DNA of 64,000 nucleotides from Nostoc sp. (GTDB lineage Bacteria; Cyanobacteriota; Cyanobacteriia; Cyanobacteriales; Nostocaceae): NCBI RefSeq assembly GCF_036917355.1, contig NZ_JBALDP010000021.1, positions 30,542 to 94,541 of the forward strand, read 5' to 3'. Shown piece by piece: positions 60,210 to 64,000 of this stretch (position 1 is its first letter; each line of letters starts with the position of its first letter). The notes under the pieces were generated by a model. It saw only the letters and a program-made list of their open reading frames with translations, ran no database searches and was not told where the DNA came from. The position numbers and the translations under genes were made by a program.

Positions 60210-60983
60210 ATGAAAGCGGTGATTTTGGCTGGAGGTCTTGGTACACGCCTCAGTGAAGAAACCAGTGTTAGACCCAAGCCGATGGTTGAGATTGGTGGTA
60301 AGCCAATTCTCTGGCACATAATGAAAACATACTCTGCCCACGGCATTAATGACTTTATTATTTGTTGTGGTTACAAAGGTTACATCATTAAAGAGTATTT
60401 TGCTAATTACTTTTTACACATGTCAGATGTTACCTTTGACATGCGCTTTAACCAGATGAACGTGCATTCTGGTTATGCAGAACCCTGGCGCGTCACCTTA
60501 GTAAATACGGGTGATAATACAATGACAGGTGGACGTTTAAAGCGAATCAGCGAACATCTTGGTAACGAGACTTTTTGCTTTACTTATGGCGATGGTGTCA
60601 GTAATATTAATATCACTGAGCTAGTTAAGTTTCACAGAGAACAAAGAAGCTTAGGAACACTTACCGCTGTTCAACCAGCCGGACGTTTTGGTGCCATTTC
60701 TTTAGGATACGAGCAAACTAAAATCACCAGCTTTCGGGAAAAACCGGAAGGTGATGGAGCTTGGATTAATGGTGGTTATTTTGTGTTAGAACCAGAAGTA
60801 ATTAACTTAATTGCTGATGACTCTACAGTGTGGGAACAAGAGCCATTAGAAAAGCTAGCTGATATGGAACAGCTATCTGCTTTCAGACATGATGGGTTTT
60901 GGCAACCAATGGATACTTTACGCGATAAAAACTATCTTGAAGGGCTGTGGAAGAACAATCAGGCTCCTTGGAAGGTATGGTAA
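60210..60983 (+). CDS. rfbF: Glucose-1-phosphate cytidylyltransferase
   Basis: MKAVILAGGLGTRLSEET..RPKPMVEIGG, TGGRLKR, TYGDG, WINGG, FWQPMDTLRD. Confidence 0.95.
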   Translation: MKAVILAGGLGTRLSEETSVRPKPMVEIGGKPILWHIMKTYSAHGINDFIICCGYKGYIIKEYFANYFLHMSDVTFDMRFNQMNVHSGYAEPWRVTLVNTGDNTMTGGRLKRISEHLGNETFCFTYGDGVSNINITELVKFHREQRSLGTLTAVQPAGRFGAISLGYEQTKITSFREKPEGDGAWINGGYFVLEPEVINLIADDSTVWEQEPLEKLADMEQLSAFRHDGFWQPMDTLRDKNYLEGLWKNNQAPWKVW

Positions 60984-60989
60984 GAGAAG

Positions 60990-61050
60990 AGTTAGGAGTT
61001 AGGAGTTAGGAGTCAGGAGTTAAATAACAAATGACAAATGACAAATGACT
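60990..61050. repeat. STRR arrays (GAGTTAG)n and (CAAATGA)n
   Basis: Direct reading of the rfbF-lhgO spacer. Confidence 0.8.
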
Positions 61051-61087
61051 TTATAGATTTACTGTAATTTGAAGTGCGATAAGACTA

Positions 61088-62302
61088 ATGTATGATTTTG
61101 CGATTATAGGTGGGGGAATAGTTGGACTCTCGACAGCGTTGGCTTTAGGAAAACGCTATCCCAATGCTCGTATTTTAGTACTAGAAAAAGAGAGCCAATG
61201 GGCATTTCACCAAACTGGCAATAATAGCGGGGTAATTCATTCTGGTATTTACTACAAGCCAGGGAGTTTCAAAGCTAAATTTTGTCGTGATGGTTCTCGT
61301 TCAATGGTAGAATTCTGCCAAGAGCATGGAATTGACCATGAAGTTTGTGGTAAGGTAATTGTTGCAACTGAAGAACAAGAGCTACCACGCTTAGAAAATC
61401 TCTACCAACGCGGCTTAGACAATGGCATAGAAGTCCAGAGAATTAGCCCCGAAGAAGTCAAGGAAATTGAACCTCACGTAAGATGTGTAGGTGGAATTCG
61501 CGTATCTTCAACTGGTATTGTTAATTACAAGCAAGTTTGTTTGAAATATGCCCAGCTAATTCAACAGCAGGGTGGGGATTTGCACCTCAATACAAAAGTC
61601 CTGAAAATCTCTCCAAGTGGTAAAAATCAGGTATTGGAAACAAACAAAGGTAGCTTTGCAACCCGCTTTGTAATTAATTGTACTGGATTGCATAGCGATC
61701 GCACCGCCAAACTAGGTCAAGTTGAACCCCAAGCCAAAATTGTCCCATTTCGGGGAGAATACTACGAACTCACCCCAGAAAAACGCTATCTAGTCAAGAC
61801 ACTAATCTATCCAGTTCCCAATCCAGATTTCCCCTTCTTGGGTGTCCACTTTACCCGGATGATTGATGGTAGCGTCCATGCAGGGCCAAACGCGGTTCTA
61901 TCACTCAAACGCGAAGGTTACAAAAAAACCGACTTTGACTTACGGGATTTCCTAGAAGTCATCACCTATCCGGGTTTCTGGAAGTTAGCAGCTAAACACG
62001 CTGATGAAGGCATTCAAGAAATCATTCGTTCTTTTAGCAAAGCAGCCTTCACCAGAAGTTTACAAAAACTAATTCCCGAAGTGCAAGCAGAAGACTTAGT
62101 TCCCACCCATGCAGGAGTTCGCGCTCAAGCCTTAATGAACGATGGCAAGCTTGTAGACGACTTTTTGATTGTTTCTGGTCAAAACTCCATTCATGTTTGC
62201 AATGCTCCTTCTCCTGCTGCCACATCCTCTCTAGAAATCGGTAAAGCACTTGTGGCAGAAATCCCCCAACTTTCGCATCTAGAGAGTGTAGTCACTGCAT
62301 AG
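61088..62302 (+). CDS. lhgO: L-2-hydroxyglutarate oxidase-like FAD oxidoreductase
   Basis: GGGIVG, HQTGNNSGVIHSGIYY, PFRGEY, FPFLGVHFT, NAPSPAATSS. Confidence 0.9.
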   Translation: MYDFAIIGGGIVGLSTALALGKRYPNARILVLEKESQWAFHQTGNNSGVIHSGIYYKPGSFKAKFCRDGSRSMVEFCQEHGIDHEVCGKVIVATEEQELPRLENLYQRGLDNGIEVQRISPEEVKEIEPHVRCVGGIRVSSTGIVNYKQVCLKYAQLIQQQGGDLHLNTKVLKISPSGKNQVLETNKGSFATRFVINCTGLHSDRTAKLGQVEPQAKIVPFRGEYYELTPEKRYLVKTLIYPVPNPDFPFLGVHFTRMIDGSVHAGPNAVLSLKREGYKKTDFDLRDFLEVITYPGFWKLAAKHADEGIQEIIRSFSKAAFTRSLQKLIPEVQAEDLVPTHAGVRAQALMNDGKLVDDFLIVSGQNSIHVCNAPSPAATSSLEIGKALVAEIPQLSHLESVVTA

Positions 62303-62419
62303 ATATCATAGTTGTTATTTCCGGGACTGCTGAATTAAGGGATGAATCTTGTATAGTGGGCATCTTTCTTTGCCTCGAAATACAAGGGACGGTTAAAATA
62401 CTCATCCCACAAGAAACAA

Positions 62420-62808
62420 AAAAGTGTCGTGCATCAATTCAGAACCGCTATAGAGTGTTGCTACCCAATGGGTTAGTCAGCAAACTATGTAATAACTTTA
62501 TATATAGCGCTTCTAGGTTGAGTCCAATGACCTCCAACCCAAACAAAAGGGATAAGATTCAAAGCCTCTCTCCTAATAGGAAAGAGGTTTGGAGAGAGGT
62601 CAAGTTATTGCATACAAACTAAAAATATAGCGGTTCCCTTCTAGATGCAACACACTCTACTAGTTCGCCAAGGAAACTTGGCGGGGTAAAGGGCAAGGGG
62701 GAAAGGGAAAAGATGTTTACTCCTTTAACCTTTAACCTTTCCCCTTTCCCCAGCCCTCACCTAACAATTTTGGGTTGGCAGACTACTAGGGCGTACATCT
62801 GTGCGTCC
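62420..62808. repeat. Cluster of abutting or nested Nostoc repeat elements
   Basis: GAACCGCTATA (62442-62452) / TATAGCGGTTC (62626-62636); TGACCTC..GAGGTCA palindrome (62528-62602); imperfect TIR element 62657-62789; GGGCGTACA-TC-TGTGCGTCC. Confidence 0.55.
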
Positions 62809-62860
62809 ATGCTAAACGAAGAATTTAACTCATCAACACAATACAAAGGAATTAACCACA

Positions 62861-63889
62861 ATGAAAATATTAGTAACTGGAACAGAAGGCTATCTAGGTT
62901 CATTATTACCGCCTCTGTTAATCGAAAGAGGACATGAAGTTATTGGTCTAGATACTGGCTTCTATAAAGTTGGTTGGCTGTACAACCCAAGTGGAGTGAC
63001 ACCCAAAACCCTCAACAAAGATATCCGCAACATCACCCCTGATGATTTGGAAGGTATTGAAGCCATAGTTCACATGGCGGAACTCTCCAATGACCCAGCC
63101 GGACAATTAGCACCAAATATTACCTACGAAATTAATCATGTAGGTTCAGTTCGTCTAGCTAGTCTGGCTAAGGCTATGGGTGTGCGTCGCTTCGTATATA
63201 TGTCTTCGTGCAGTGTCTACGGTGTTGCTACCGCAGGTGATGTCACAGAAGAATCCCCAGTTAATCCCCAAACAGCCTACGCAGAATGTAAAACTCTCGT
63301 AGAAAGAGATGTCAGACCACTCGCTGACGATGACTTTTCTCCCACCTTTATGCGGAATGCAACAGCCTTTGGTGCTTCTCCCAGAATGCGCTTTGATATT
63401 GTTTTAAACAACTTAGCAGGGTTGGCATGGACTAGCAAAGAAATCAAAATGATTAGTGATGGCACACCTTGGCGGCCATTAGTCCACGCATTGGATATTT
63501 GCAAAGCAATAGTTTGCACCTTAGAAGCACCACGAGACATTGTACATAACCAAATCTTCAACGTGGGAGATACAGCAAATAACTATCGCGTTAAAGAAAT
63601 CGCGGAAATTATTGCTGATGTTTTCCCAGATTGCAAATTGTCCTTTGGTGATAACGGCGCAGATAACCGCAGCTATCGCGTATCCTTCGAGAAAATCAAC
63701 ACAATCCTACCTGGATTTAAATGTGATTGGAATGCCCGACTTGGTGCCCAGCAGCTATTTGATTTATTCAGTCAAATACACATGGCTGAAGATACTTTCT
63801 TGTTTAGAGGATTTACCCGCTTAAAACAGCTAGAGTATCTAATTCGGACAGAGCAAATTGACAAAGATTTCTTCTGGAATAAAAAATAG
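62861..63889 (+). CDS. NAD-dependent epimerase/dehydratase (extended SDR)
   Basis: VTGTEGYLG, HMAELSNDP, SSCSVYG, YAECK (YxxxK), RNATAFG. Confidence 0.9.
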   Translation: MKILVTGTEGYLGSLLPPLLIERGHEVIGLDTGFYKVGWLYNPSGVTPKTLNKDIRNITPDDLEGIEAIVHMAELSNDPAGQLAPNITYEINHVGSVRLASLAKAMGVRRFVYMSSCSVYGVATAGDVTEESPVNPQTAYAECKTLVERDVRPLADDDFSPTFMRNATAFGASPRMRFDIVLNNLAGLAWTSKEIKMISDGTPWRPLVHALDICKAIVCTLEAPRDIVHNQIFNVGDTANNYRVKEIAEIIADVFPDCKLSFGDNGADNRSYRVSFEKINTILPGFKCDWNARLGAQQLFDLFSQIHMAEDTFLFRGFTRLKQLEYLIRTEQIDKDFFWNKK

Positions 63890-64000
63890 CTAAAGTTACC
63901 TAGCCGCAACTGAAAAGGAATCTAAGCTTCCGAATCAAATAGCGTTGATTCGGGCTTATTCCATCCATCAAATCATTTGCAATCAGCGAGTTAAATTTTA

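Noticed and set aside
62356-62937. 88-aa and 74-aa ORFs between lhgO and the SDR gene
   Set aside because: They run through non-coding repeat elements or overlap the SDR gene out of frame.

Overview
A 64-kb chromosomal window from a heterocyst-forming cyanobacterium, most likely Nostoc. The basis is dense HIP1 (GCGATCGC) sites, heptameric STRR tandem repeats, 21-24 nt SDR elements and typical Nostoc gene content. It holds about 53 credible CDSs. I found no rRNA, tRNA, CRISPR array or transposase gene. Housekeeping and envelope genes include crtD, ftsE, queG, xth, pheT, rfbF, lhgO, three GT4 glycosyltransferases and a WecB/TagA transferase. Photoprotection genes are an HCP and a CTDH, the two halves of OCP. 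Signalling genes include an RsbU/RsbW partner-switch pair, a PatA-type regulator and Ser/Thr kinases and phosphatases. The most interesting accessory content is: (i) an orphan APH-kinase + HopA1-like lyase pair resembling class V lanthipeptide dehydratases (LanK/LanY), with no visible precursor; (ii) a Shango-like TerB_C + DUF2791 ATPase pair lacking the helicase; (iii) a TerY-P triad (vWA, PP2C, kinase) whose kinase carries a membrane segment and TPRs; (iv) a split FluG/NodGS-like pair (GS-like ligase + amidohydrolase); (v) a small ORF with a LexA-like box and a clamp-binding-like motif; (vi) several 21/24-nt elements inserted exactly at GCG|ATCGC of HIP1, three of them in-frame inside protein-coding genes. 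All family assignments come from motif recognition by eye; no database searches were run.
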